Positions 17,215-26,801 of a stretch of DNA of 34,626 bases are shown in pieces; position 1 is the first letter of the stretch, and every line of letters starts with the position of its first letter. The stretch is from the NCBI GenBank assembly GCA_964617105.1, contig CAZTWC010000009.1, positions 1 to 34,626 of the forward strand. Reading direction: 5' to 3'. This stretch comes from an uncultured Myxococcia bacterium. GTDB lineage: Bacteria; CAZTWC01. Position numbers and translations under genes: made by a program. Under the pieces are notes generated by a model, which made no database searches, had not been told where the DNA came from, and saw nothing but the letters and a program-made list of their open reading frames with translations.

Positions 17215-19719
17215 CTATTTTTTCATCCCTCCCCTAAACAGAATCAAAAAGCAGGGCAATATAAAGATGGCCACAAACAGGCAGGTGAACTCACCAATGT
17301 TGGCCAGAGTGCCAAAAGTGTTTATAGCCCCGTTAAGGGAGAGCCAGAGGGCAGAATAGCCGATTATGGTGGTTAGGCTGGTAATCATCACCGCACCGCC
17401 GGTGTTGCACAGGGAGTGGATAATACTGCCCCGTCCCTCCTCTAAGTAGCGAGAGTAGAGGTTGACGCTGTAATCAACTCCAATACCGAACTGGATGGGG
17501 ATAGCGATGAAGTTGAGGAAGTTGATTTTTTGCTGCAGCATGATGGCCACTCCCATCTGCAGTAATACTCCGAGGCTCATAGCTGCCACCAGGATTAGTA
17601 CATGACCCAGGCTCCTATAGGAAAGCAGAATTACCAGAGAAACCAGGATAAAAGCCAGCAGGGTGGCTTTTGGGGCGCCATCGGCTACATATTTTAACAT
17701 ATCGGAAAAAATAACCGCGTGCCCAGAGGACCTGATAGTTTTTACTTTGGCATCATCTTTTTGGGCGGGAATTTTTACTTCTCTTACTACATCAGCGAAC
17801 TTTTTCAGGTCATGGCCGTTCCAAACGCTCATGTCATCGGCCATGTAAACCAGCAGAGGAGTTCCCCTCCGGCCATTTTCTTCGGTAAATTGCCGCACAA
17901 TCTCTTTAGGCAAGTCCTCAATTCTCACCTGGCGTAAATCCGCCGGTGGAGTAAGATCTTCCAGAGTTTTCTTGTCCTCCGGACTTAAAAAGTCGAACTT
18001 GTTTTTCAGGATATATTCCCGGATCTCCATCAACAAGGCCAACTTTGTTTTTTGAGCGTCCTTATCACCTGGCAAATAGTCAAAAACGGTTTTTATATTA
18101 TTAATTACCCGGTGCTCAGGGTTGGCAACGTCCTCTTTGTATTTTTCCAGCGCTTTTTTCATGGGGCGCACCTGGTCCAGATGGTCGGCCAGGATAACAT
18201 GGGGAGAGGAGCGTTCGCCCAGGATCGATTCAGACTGAGTGTCCAGGGCGCCAGAACCTTTTTGACGGGAATATTGGTTGCGCAATTTCTTGTAGGAGTA
18301 CTCAAAGGGGTCGCGGAGAAAAAATACCAGAGCAACCAAAGATACCAATGAAAGCAAGATGCCCACCGCAAAAATGGGCCGGGAAAAGCGCTGGCATATC
18401 CAGGCTACAGCAAAGGAAAATATCCGCCCCTTTTCTCCCGCCTCCCGGGTTATCTGTTTAAATGGCCAGTGGCGTTCCATCAGCACCACCAGCGCCGGGT
18501 TAAGGGTAAGAGCAAAAATAAGGCAGATAAACATCCCCGCGCCACCGATAAAGCCAAATTCGCTAAAACCGCGGAAATTTTCAAACATTAGTGATAAATA
18601 GGAGGTACCTGCCGCCAGGGCGGCGGTGGAAACGCTCCTTACCACTCCGATGAGAGTAATAGACAGTGTTTCCTGAACCGGTCGGCCATAACGCCGCTCC
18701 TCCATGTACCGGGCCAAAAAATAAATGCCAAAATTGATGCCGTTACCAGCCACAATAGAGGCTAAAAAGGCGGTGGAGGCGGTGAGATATCCAATTTTTA
18801 AAAAGGTTAGGCCAAAAGTGGAAAGCAAACCCGCCAATAATCCCATACATAGGATGCCGGTCATCCTGATGGAGCGGTAATAGATGGTGACCGCCAACAA
18901 CACCAGCCCCACGCAGATATTGGAAACTACCAGGATATCATCTCTTAGAGCGTAATACTCCTCTATCAGGGTCTGCAATCCACCAGTGTAATAAACTTTG
19001 ATACTCTGGTGATAGGAGGTAGGATTTAAGGCAGATATCTCTTTTTTAATTTTAGTGACAATCTGTTTGGCAAAATCAACCCCAGTGGCTGTTCCTGGGG
19101 TTTTTATCACCACCAGTATGGTTTTGCCTTCCCGGTCGGTGAGATACCCATCCCGGTATTTATCAAAGACTTCGATTTTTTCCCGGTATTTCTCTTTCCA
19201 CTTAGACATCTCCAGGTTTTTTTCACCCGGGGAATCTTCCCCCTCCTCTTCCTCCTCCAGGTCGACAAAAAATCCAGTGGCTTTCATCTTTTCTGTGGCG
19301 ATCCGTTTTTTTAACTCCTGTTTAAATTTTTCTAACTCTTTGATTTTTACATAGAGAAATTTGTTTTTATTAAAAAACTTTTTTTGCTCGTTAACCTTGT
19401 AATCGATAAAACGGATTTGGCTGGGAGGATATGCTTTTAGCCGAACTACCAAATCGTCCACCAGCCGCTTCATGGCCTTAAAATCATCACCCTGGATTTG
19501 GACAATCAAGGTGCCCAAAGCCCCCATTCGTTTTGAGATGGCTTTTAAGTCTTTGACACTTTGGGCATCTTCTGGCAGCAGCATGGCAAAGTCGCTATTA
19601 ATACTGAGTTTGGTGGTTAAATATCCACCGGCAATTGATATTAAAAGCGCCACCAGCACTATTTTCCAGGGATGTGCGTAAGCGATTTTAGCCCAGCGGA
19701 TCATTAAATCATTGAGCAT
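17215..19719 (-). CDS. MMPL-family RND transporter (HpnN-like)
   Basis: Two repeats of TM + large periplasmic loop + 5 TMs. SDFAMLLP, YTGG, GNGINFGI and GIGVDYSV motifs, and TTIIGYSAL. Confidence 0.9.
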   Translation of the reverse strand: MLNDLMIRWAKIAYAHPWKIVLVALLISIAGGYLTTKLSINSDFAMLLPEDAQSVKDLKAISKRMGALGTLIVQIQGDDFKAMKRLVDDLVVRLKAYPPSQIRFIDYKVNEQKKFFNKNKFLYVKIKELEKFKQELKKRIATEKMKATGFFVDLEEEEEGEDSPGEKNLEMSKWKEKYREKIEVFDKYRDGYLTDREGKTILVVIKTPGTATGVDFAKQIVTKIKKEISALNPTSYHQSIKVYYTGGLQTLIEEYYALRDDILVVSNICVGLVLLAVTIYYRSIRMTGILCMGLLAGLLSTFGLTFLKIGYLTASTAFLASIVAGNGINFGIYFLARYMEERRYGRPVQETLSITLIGVVRSVSTAALAAGTSYLSLMFENFRGFSEFGFIGGAGMFICLIFALTLNPALVVLMERHWPFKQITREAGEKGRIFSFAVAWICQRFSRPIFAVGILLSLVSLVALVFFLRDPFEYSYKKLRNQYSRQKGSGALDTQSESILGERSSPHVILADHLDQVRPMKKALEKYKEDVANPEHRVINNIKTVFDYLPGDKDAQKTKLALLMEIREYILKNKFDFLSPEDKKTLEDLTPPADLRQVRIEDLPKEIVRQFTEENGRRGTPLLVYMADDMSVWNGHDLKKFADVVREVKIPAQKDDAKVKTIRSSGHAVIFSDMLKYVADGAPKATLLAFILVSLVILLSYRSLGHVLILVAAMSLGVLLQMGVAIMLQQKINFLNFIAIPIQFGIGVDYSVNLYSRYLEEGRGSIIHSLCNTGGAVMITSLTTIIGYSALWLSLNGAINTFGTLANIGEFTCLFVAIFILPCFLILFRGGMKK

Positions 19720-19799
19720 TATAATATTTTTCCTTTACCGGTAAAGGTCGGGAGATATGCAGAACAAATATTAGTTTTACTTATCCTAAAGTGGTGCAA

Positions 19800-20663
19800 T
19801 TACAAAAGATATTTACCGATAAGCGGTTTTAAACCAGTCTTGATTTTTTCAGGTATCATATCGGGCGCAGTAAGGATCGCATCCTTTAAGGCATTGGGAC
19901 AGGAGCATTTTCTCTCTTCGGTCAAGCGGGGGATCGCTGTGATTAAAATCTTTTTAGCAATATCCACATTTTTGTTTAACAGTTCAATTACCGCCTCTAC
20001 AGTGACGTCATCGTGGTCGGTGTGCCAGCAATCGTAGTCAGTGGCCATGGCCACAGTGCAAAAACATATCTCTGCCTCACGGGCCAGTTTGGCTTCCTGC
20101 AGGTTGGTCATCCCGATTACATCCACTCCCCACCTGCGGTATATGTTCGATTCCGCCCGGGTGCTGAATTGCGGCCCCTCCATGCAGATATAGGTTCCCC
20201 CCTGGTGAACCGTGGCGCCAACATCTGTGGCGGCCTGATAGACCAGTTGAGCCAGATCCGGGCAGATTGGATCGGCGAAACCAACATGAGCCACTATGCC
20301 GTCGCCAAAGAAGGTGCTTTTTCTTCCTCGGGTACGATCAAAAAACTGATCCACTATAACTATATCGGAGGGTTTAATATCTTCGCGCATACTGCCCACC
20401 GCCGAGATGGCGATAATTCTCTCCACCCCCAATTTTTTCATCCCATAGATATTGGCTCTATAATTGAGTTCGCTGGGCATCAACCGGTGTCCCCGGCCGT
20501 GGCGGGATAAGAAAACTACTGCCATCCCATTCAGTTGGGCGATAATATAGTTATCCGAGGGTTTGCCAAAAGGGGTGTCGATTTCAACTTCACGGATATT
20601 TTCCAGCCCTTCCAATTGATATAATCCGGTTCCGCCGATAATTCCTATCGTTCCAGTAAACAT
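19800..20663 (-). CDS. mtnP: S-methyl-5'-thioadenosine phosphorylase
   Basis: [42 protein letters not shown] and TDYDCW motifs. Start revised to ATG at 20663 (MFTGTIG). Confidence 0.95.
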   Translation of the reverse strand: MFTGTIGIIGGTGLYQLEGLENIREVEIDTPFGKPSDNYIIAQLNGMAVVFLSRHGRGHRLMPSELNYRANIYGMKKLGVERIIAISAVGSMREDIKPSDIVIVDQFFDRTRGRKSTFFGDGIVAHVGFADPICPDLAQLVYQAATDVGATVHQGGTYICMEGPQFSTRAESNIYRRWGVDVIGMTNLQEAKLAREAEICFCTVAMATDYDCWHTDHDDVTVEAVIELLNKNVDIAKKILITAIPRLTEERKCSCPNALKDAILTAPDMIPEKIKTGLKPLIGKYLL

Positions 20664-20713
20664 AGTATTTTCCTTTTTGGTTTTAAGAATGAATAAAAAT
20701 GCCGGGTTGAAGG

Positions 20714-22459
20714 TTAAAATGAGACCCATACATCCTGGACAAAGCGGATATCTGTTTCCCTACAATTGCTTAATGGCGCCAGTTCCAATTCTAAGTTTTT
20801 AAGTTGTTGTCTACAAAATAAAATCATAGCAGAACGATTCTCCTGGGAACAGTTCATGCTCAGATGCTCAATTTGTTCAATCAAACCATTTTTCCATGGT
20901 TTTGCCAATTTGCCCTCCTGGCTAAAAAACTCTCTTATAAAATTTAGAAGTTGCCCGCTCTCTAGAGGAATTAGTTCCCACCGATCTCTTGATAACCGGT
21001 TTATAGCCAAGGTGTTAAAAACCATTTTCAAATCCAGGTCTTCATTTTTTTCCCCGGCCTGGTCCAAAATAGCGGCATTGAGACCAAATCCTTTGAATAG
21101 GAGTTCACCAAGCCCGCTTATCTCGCGCAATCTCTTTTCGCTTTCCAGAACCTCTTCCAGGGTTTGAAAGTCGCGGAAACGGGTTCCCTGGCTGTAACTC
21201 TGATCAAAATAGCAAGGATGATGTTTGCCCAATCCCGATATTACTTCCTGGTAGGAATCGGGGAAATATTGCTCAATTTCTTTATAGGTAGAGAGCCATT
21301 CACTCTGTCTGAAACGATTGAGTAAAAGTTTTAACTTAATTGCCTGGGAGAAACCCAGTTGAAATAAACTCTGCAGATAATATTGCCCCAATATCTTGGC
21401 CATCCCTTCAACACTGTTCCCACCCAGGAATCTAGCCCCCATGGTGATAAAGTTCCGGGCTTTTTTAAGGCAAAACTTAAGTGATTCCAGATCGAGTTCG
21501 GTAAAATTGCTTAAAGTCCAGATTTTATTGGCCAGCACGGTAATTTCAAAGTATATCTCTTCGGCCACATCCGGTTCAACTAGCCTTTCAACCGCTAAAT
21601 TAAACAGGTTTTCCGGTTCATAGAGCAGTTGGAGATGGATTGCATTTTTATCTTCCAGCGGTCGAAGTGATTTTATCCGCTGAGGCAAATGTTCTATCCC
21701 CTTATCATTAATAAATGTATAGATGGGAGCAGCCTCGTCCCTGGCTGGAAATCCCAAATCAAGCAAACGTTTTTCCCGCCAGGAGGTGGCCTCGCTTTCA
21801 ACCTGGCTGTTCCACTCCATTAAAACTTGCAGCAGCAGGGAGTGGTAGAGGCTGTTGCTTTCCACTATTAGGGGCATTAATAGTTTTGGCAGCAGTTGAG
21901 CTGCCGAATGGTTTTTAAAATTTAAAAAATAGGTGCCATCCAGAGTAAACTTGGGTAGCAAATTTTGGTTTTCCTCTTTGTCCAGGTCGGGATTGGGTAT
22001 GTAAACTTCCACTAACTGCTTGAAAATCAACACCAGCAATTCCATATCCAGAGAGTTAAATATTTCCACTACCTTTTTAGAGCCGCATTCCACCAAAATA
22101 GAGAACCATTGGAGTATCTTATCTGTCCGCAACCATTGATCTTTGTCGAAAAATTCCATATCTACCAGGAGTTGGAACTGTTGCGAAGTGCTTATCGCCA
22201 CCAGGGAGGTGGAGTCTTGCGGGCCAATTTTTATGATATTCAAGTAGATATCCTGCGGGGAAAAACGGCTGATCAGCAAGTGGGGTTCTTTGGCCATCAG
22301 CAAAAGTTCCAAAAAGTTTTTCCCGGAAACCGAGGCCAGGACCTGTTCCTGTTCCAGCGGGGAAAGCCGATTGAATTTTCTGGCTGCTTCGATAGGCTCA
22401 CTTTTTAGTAACTGCAAAGCCTGCCCGCGATATTGCTCAATTTGATTTTGTGTAGTCAT
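20714..22459 (-). CDS. Conserved hypothetical protein (DUF6178-like)
   Basis: Features recalled from the deltaproteobacterial DUF6178 family ([45 protein letters not shown]). Adjacent to mtnP. Confidence 0.7.
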   Translation of the reverse strand: MTTQNQIEQYRGQALQLLKSEPIEAARKFNRLSPLEQEQVLASVSGKNFLELLLMAKEPHLLISRFSPQDIYLNIIKIGPQDSTSLVAISTSQQFQLLVDMEFFDKDQWLRTDKILQWFSILVECGSKKVVEIFNSLDMELLVLIFKQLVEVYIPNPDLDKEENQNLLPKFTLDGTYFLNFKNHSAAQLLPKLLMPLIVESNSLYHSLLLQVLMEWNSQVESEATSWREKRLLDLGFPARDEAAPIYTFINDKGIEHLPQRIKSLRPLEDKNAIHLQLLYEPENLFNLAVERLVEPDVAEEIYFEITVLANKIWTLSNFTELDLESLKFCLKKARNFITMGARFLGGNSVEGMAKILGQYYLQSLFQLGFSQAIKLKLLLNRFRQSEWLSTYKEIEQYFPDSYQEVISGLGKHHPCYFDQSYSQGTRFRDFQTLEEVLESEKRLREISGLGELLFKGFGLNAAILDQAGEKNEDLDLKMVFNTLAINRLSRDRWELIPLESGQLLNFIREFFSQEGKLAKPWKNGLIEQIEHLSMNCSQENRSAMILFCRQQLKNLELELAPLSNCRETDIRFVQDVWVSF

Positions 22460-22470
22460 AATTTTTTATT

Positions 22471-23571
22471 TTACCTCTGACCGGCTTTTTTGGCAATACC
22501 CCAGGTGACGGCCGAAATTAGGAGGAACGGTATTATAGTTGCCATAATCGGTGAAATTACCTGCCCAACCGCCAATTTATTGCAAGTACTGGTCAAAACC
22601 CAGTGGAAGAGAGATAGTGAGGTGGCCATAAGAATATTAAAAATCGGATTGGCCCGCTGCAAAAAAATCAGCGAAAGCATAGCGGCGATAATTGATAAAA
22701 AAACTCCGTTTATAGGAACCAGGGCTTTTTGATATAACTCTATTAAGTAGGGTAAAATAGTTTGCCCCTGAGATTTTCTGGCCTTAATCAACCGATTTAA
22801 TTGTTGAAAGTTCATCTCCGAAGGATAACCATTATTATCCTGAAAAAAATCATAGTGCACCTTTAAAAATGGAAAGCATTCCCGGACAGTTTTAAAGGAA
22901 GATAAACGTAATCCTTTTTCCAGGTTGAAATCCCATTTTTCAACTCCTTCCAGAACCCAGCCCCCAGGGGTATAATCCGCTTTTTTAGCCAGTATTCTGG
23001 TGCGGGGAAGAAAATTATGGTCCAGTTCAAAAATATTCATGGCCAAAATAGAGTTGCCGGCCGGTTTACGGCTTCCGATACCGTAGAGAATATTTTTATG
23101 CATAAACCATTTTCCCTGGCGGTGGAAGTCGGTCCATTTGCGGGTGAACATTTTTAGTTTGCCGATTTTAATATTATCCAGTTTCTGATTGGTTATAGGG
23201 GAAATATACTGGTTAAAAAACCAGATTGATATAGAGAAAACTATGGCCACCAATAAAATTGGAGTTATCAATTTGATATAACTGGCGCCGGACAATATCA
23301 TCGCTTTTATCTGGTTGCTTTTTTTCAGGTGGGCAAATAGCATAATCACTGAAAATGCGACCAAAAATGGGGAGGTGCGGAAAATTATTTCCGGCAGCCG
23401 CAGGCAGAAGAGATAAAAAGATTCCAGGGCGGTGATGTTGCTGTTAGCCAGATATTTGCTCAAACTTATCGACTCCACCACCAGCACCAGGCAGCAGAGT
23501 CCCAACATCCCAATAGCCAGGCGTTTAATTAACATCAATGAGATATATTTAAAAATAATGTTTATAACCAT
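22471..23571 (-). CDS. lptG: LptF/LptG family permease (LptG-like)
   Basis: 3 TMs, KSNQIKAMILSGAS, periplasmic beta-jellyroll region (AKKADY…WVL), PSEMNFQQL, then 3 TMs. Paired with lptF. Confidence 0.85.
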   Translation of the reverse strand: MVINIIFKYISLMLIKRLAIGMLGLCCLVLVVESISLSKYLANSNITALESFYLFCLRLPEIIFRTSPFLVAFSVIMLFAHLKKSNQIKAMILSGASYIKLITPILLVAIVFSISIWFFNQYISPITNQKLDNIKIGKLKMFTRKWTDFHRQGKWFMHKNILYGIGSRKPAGNSILAMNIFELDHNFLPRTRILAKKADYTPGGWVLEGVEKWDFNLEKGLRLSSFKTVRECFPFLKVHYDFFQDNNGYPSEMNFQQLNRLIKARKSQGQTILPYLIELYQKALVPINGVFLSIIAAMLSLIFLQRANPIFNILMATSLSLFHWVLTSTCNKLAVGQVISPIMATIIPFLLISAVTWGIAKKAGQR

Positions 23572-23602
23572 AACTCTTTTCTGGTAAACAGTTTGCCTCT
23601 TT

Positions 23603-24712
23603 TTACCATGAAAGTCGTTTTAGCAGGTACACGCCCATAACTAAGATTACCAAATTGGGCATCCAAGCACCGGCCAAAGGGGAAAAAAAATCCAGGGTAT
23701 CGGCGGTTTGCCAAAGGATAAAATAGATGCCTACCATCAGGATACCCCACAAGTAGCTTTTGTGACGTCCTTTTCCGCCCGCTCCGGCTCCCAGGCACAC
23801 TCCCGGTAAGACAAAGAGCAGCACACAAAAAGGGAAAGAAAATTTGCGCTGCCAAGCCAATCTCAGGTTGTTTAGTTTTTTGGTTTGGACTTCCGACTCC
23901 AATTCCCGGAAAAGATCTCCCAGGCTGAGCGTCTGCAGGTTTGAGATAAATTTAATGCTGTTTTTCAACATTTTTTTCAAATTCAACTTCAAATGCTGCT
24001 CCTGAAAATTGACTAACTGGTATCCCTGGCTGTGATTGTGATTGTAAAGGTGGATTGCCCCTTTTTCCAATTTCAACTCCAGCAACATATTTTGTGGAGA
24101 AAGCGACAGTTCCGCCCGTTTAGCAAAGGTGATAGATTCGGTCTGCGGATCTCTCCGATCGATAATTACCACTCCTTTCCAGGATGATTTCCAACCCCCG
24201 GATTTTAATTTTACCGGCTGACCGCGCCATGATGCTCTGAGCACCAGGTCATTGAAAAAGTAGTTAAAGGAGCCGGCGGTAATGGTTCGGAGCAATTCTC
24301 GTTTAGCCCCATTCAGCAGTTTGGATTTAATGGCCTTCAAACCCAGCGGCTCCAGGTAACAACTAACCGCCAGAAGGAACAGAAAAAAGATCCCGCCGAT
24401 TAAAAAAGGTATTTTAAAGCAGGCACTTTTTTTCAGCCCGGTATTTTTCAAGGCGATTATTTCATTATCCTGACGGAGGCGATTATAGGTTAATAGAAGG
24501 CCCAGCAGGAATGAAACCGGCAAAAGATAAGTGATAAAGTGGGGCAGAGCATAGAGCAAAATTAGCAGTTGGTCACTCTGGAATATCAGGGCGGGATTTA
24601 TCTCCGACAGACGAGCTGCCTGGATCAGCAACAAGAAAATATAGGCAGAAAAGAAAATTGTAGAAGTGGCTCCAATTATCTGACGGGCAAAATAGGTGGA
24701 CAGTATGGTCAT
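23603..24712 (-). CDS. lptF: LptF/LptG family permease (LptF-like)
   Basis: LPVSFLLGLLLTYNRLRQDNEIIALKNTG, WQRKFSFPF and AWMPNL. ATGA overlap with purE. Confidence 0.87.
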   Translation of the reverse strand: MTILSTYFARQIIGATSTIFFSAYIFLLLIQAARLSEINPALIFQSDQLLILLYALPHFITYLLPVSFLLGLLLTYNRLRQDNEIIALKNTGLKKSACFKIPFLIGGIFFLFLLAVSCYLEPLGLKAIKSKLLNGAKRELLRTITAGSFNYFFNDLVLRASWRGQPVKLKSGGWKSSWKGVVIIDRRDPQTESITFAKRAELSLSPQNMLLELKLEKGAIHLYNHNHSQGYQLVNFQEQHLKLNLKKMLKNSIKFISNLQTLSLGDLFRELESEVQTKKLNNLRLAWQRKFSFPFCVLLFVLPGVCLGAGAGGKGRHKSYLWGILMVGIYFILWQTADTLDFFSPLAGAWMPNLVILVMGVYLLKRLSW

Positions 24713-25197
24713 AGTTTTTCTTGCAGGCGTTGATCCTTTTTCTCCACTGCCGCAGCCATCGCCTGGCGCATTTTTTGTAAAATATCTCTATGCTTCTCTG
24801 AATTTATAGAGATAATCTGAGCGGCCAGGATAGCGGCGTTTTTTGCTCCGGCTTTACCAATGGCCATACAGGCTACCGGGATACCCGATGGCATCTGTAC
24901 GGTAGATAATAGAGCATCCATACCCCCCAGGGAACCGGCAATAGGGACGCCGATAACCGGCAAGTTACTATGGGCTGCGCAAAAGCCGGCCAGATGAGCA
25001 GCACAGCCGGCCGCTGCAATGATCACCGCGAATTCGTCATTGGCCCGGATAACTAACTCCTGGGTCCTTTTAGGAGTGCGATGGGCGGAGGAGACATGAA
25101 CCTCGTGTTCAACTTCCAACTCTTTTAGCATCTTAACTGCCGGTTCCATGGTGGTTAGATCTGAGTCACTGCCCATTAAAATTAAAACTTTATTCAT
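24709..25197 (-). CDS. purE: N5-carboxyaminoimidazole ribonucleotide mutase
   Basis: MGSDSD, SAHRTP, AGCAAHL, PVIGVP, DALLSTVQMPSGIPVA. Confidence 0.97.
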   Translation of the reverse strand: MNKVLILMGSDSDLTTMEPAVKMLKELEVEHEVHVSSAHRTPKRTQELVIRANDEFAVIIAAAGCAAHLAGFCAAHSNLPVIGVPIAGSLGGMDALLSTVQMPSGIPVACMAIGKAGAKNAAILAAQIISINSEKHRDILQKMRQAMAAAVEKKDQRLQEKL

Positions 25198-25260
25198 TTA
25201 ACTTCTCCAAAACAGGGGTAAAAAATGGCTGACAACTGCTGCCAGCCTGGTCATTTAGGG

Positions 25261-26544
25261 CTAGCCCTTAGTTAAAAAATCCAAACCTTTGTACCCGATA
25301 TCTTTTCTAAAATGGCAATCTTTCCAGCGAATATGGGCACCGCTTTTATAGGCGTTGTGAATAGCGTCTTTTAAATCATTGCCCAGAGAGGTGATGCTCA
25401 ATACTCTACCCCCATTGGTGAACCACTGGTCACCTTCTTTCCTGGTGGAAGCGTGAAATACCTGAGTATTTTGCTGTCCGTCAATAGTTTTCAGCCCTTC
25501 TATCTTTTCTCCGCAGGAATATTTTCCCGGATATCCTCCGGCGGCCATCACCACGCAGGCGGCTGTCCTGGGATCCCATTCAATGGCTGACATACTTAGA
25601 CGACCATGGCTGCAGGCTAGAAATAGTTTGACCAGGTCGGTTTTGAGACGCATCATAAGAGGTTGGGTTTCGGGGTCGCCAAAGCGGCAGTTGATCTCCA
25701 ACACCTTAGGTCCATCAGAGGTCAGCATCAGACCAAAATAGAGAATGCCGCTGTATGGGCAATCCTCCTTGGACATCGCCAGAGAGAGGGGGAAGACTAT
25801 TTTGTTTAAAATATTTTTTTCGGTTTCAGGAGAGATAAAGGGGACTGGTGAATAGGCACCCATCCCTCCGGTATTGGGCCCTTCATCCCCTTCGAAAACC
25901 CGTTTGTGATCCTGGCTTGAGGCCAGGGGAAGTACGTTGCGGCCATCGCTCAATACCATGTAAGAAGCCTCAATTCCCTGGAGGAACTCTTCTATCACCA
26001 CTTTTTTGCCCGCTTCACCCACCATATCTCCGCTCATCATGGTTTCCAAAGTTTTAAACGCAGAATCCAGGTGGTGGCAAATCACCACCCCTTTACCTGC
26101 CGCCAAACCGTCTGCTTTAATAACTATTGGCATGGAGAAATTGGCCACCTTTTTTTTGGCTTGCGCCAGGTCATCGGTACAAAAAAATGCTGCCGTAGGA
26201 ATATGATATTTGTTCATCAAATTTTTGGCGAAAATTTTACTTCCTTCAAGGGCGGCGGCTTTGCTTTGGGGACCAAAAATGGGGAGATCTCGTTGCTGAA
26301 AAATATCCACGATACCGTTTACCAGTGGTTGTTCAGGTCCCACCACGGTAAGTTGGATATTCTCTTTTTGGGCAAAATCGGCCAATCCCATCAAATTATC
26401 AGCCCCGATATCCACCCGTTGGGCTAGATCTTCCATGGCATGGCTACCAGGTGCGCAGAAAATTTTATCTACCAGGGAAGATTGGGCTATCTTCCACAAG
26501 AGGGCGTGTTCTCGGCCCCCGCTTCCAACCAGCAATATTTTCAT
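25261..26544 (-). CDS. purD: Phosphoribosylamine-glycine ligase
   Basis: GSGGREHAL, LEGSKIFAK, KADGLAAGKGV, QDHKR, GPNTGGMGAYSP, RFGDPETQ and NGGRVL. RBS GAGGAG. Confidence 0.98.
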   Translation of the reverse strand: MKILLVGSGGREHALLWKIAQSSLVDKIFCAPGSHAMEDLAQRVDIGADNLMGLADFAQKENIQLTVVGPEQPLVNGIVDIFQQRDLPIFGPQSKAAALEGSKIFAKNLMNKYHIPTAAFFCTDDLAQAKKKVANFSMPIVIKADGLAAGKGVVICHHLDSAFKTLETMMSGDMVGEAGKKVVIEEFLQGIEASYMVLSDGRNVLPLASSQDHKRVFEGDEGPNTGGMGAYSPVPFISPETEKNILNKIVFPLSLAMSKEDCPYSGILYFGLMLTSDGPKVLEINCRFGDPETQPLMMRLKTDLVKLFLACSHGRLSMSAIEWDPRTAACVVMAAGGYPGKYSCGEKIEGLKTIDGQQNTQVFHASTRKEGDQWFTNGGRVLSITSLGNDLKDAIHNAYKSGAHIRWKDCHFRKDIGYKGLDFLTKG

Positions 26545-26730
26545 AATTGCTCCTCAGGCTGTTTACAAAAATAGATTTGAATTCTGACCATTACTGTGTC
26601 ATAACGCAAACTTATTTCTGAGCGAGCCATTACCTTAATTGTAGATTTTAAACAATAATATTAGCATGGAATAAATTCTCTGTCTATGGAGATCTGTTTT
26701 CCAGCATTTAATATAACTTCATCCACATTC

Positions 26731-26759
26731 TTGACTTTTTATCAAACCCTTTATAGAAT
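26731..26759 (+). promoter_or_regulatory. Putative sigma70 promoter of the GH3 gene
   Basis: TTGACT (26731-26736), 17-bp spacer, TAGAAT (26754-26759), ending 42 bp upstream of ATG 26802. Confidence 0.65.
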
Positions 26760-26801
26760 TTAATAGTATGGAAAATTTGCAACTATTTTTTAGAAAATTT
26801 T

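Noticed and set aside
20664-20729. N-terminal extension of mtnP
   Set aside because: Homology starts at [11 protein letters not shown], and the extension overlaps the upstream gene.
23562-23855. 97-aa ORF suggesting a frameshift in lptF
   Set aside because: lptF is full length with a normal C-terminal AWMPN helix, so this ORF is an off-frame shadow.
26545-26801. Purine-related riboswitch upstream of purD
   Set aside because: The region is AT-rich with no recognisable purine, ZTP or PRPP aptamer stems by eye. An Rfam scan would be needed to exclude it formally.
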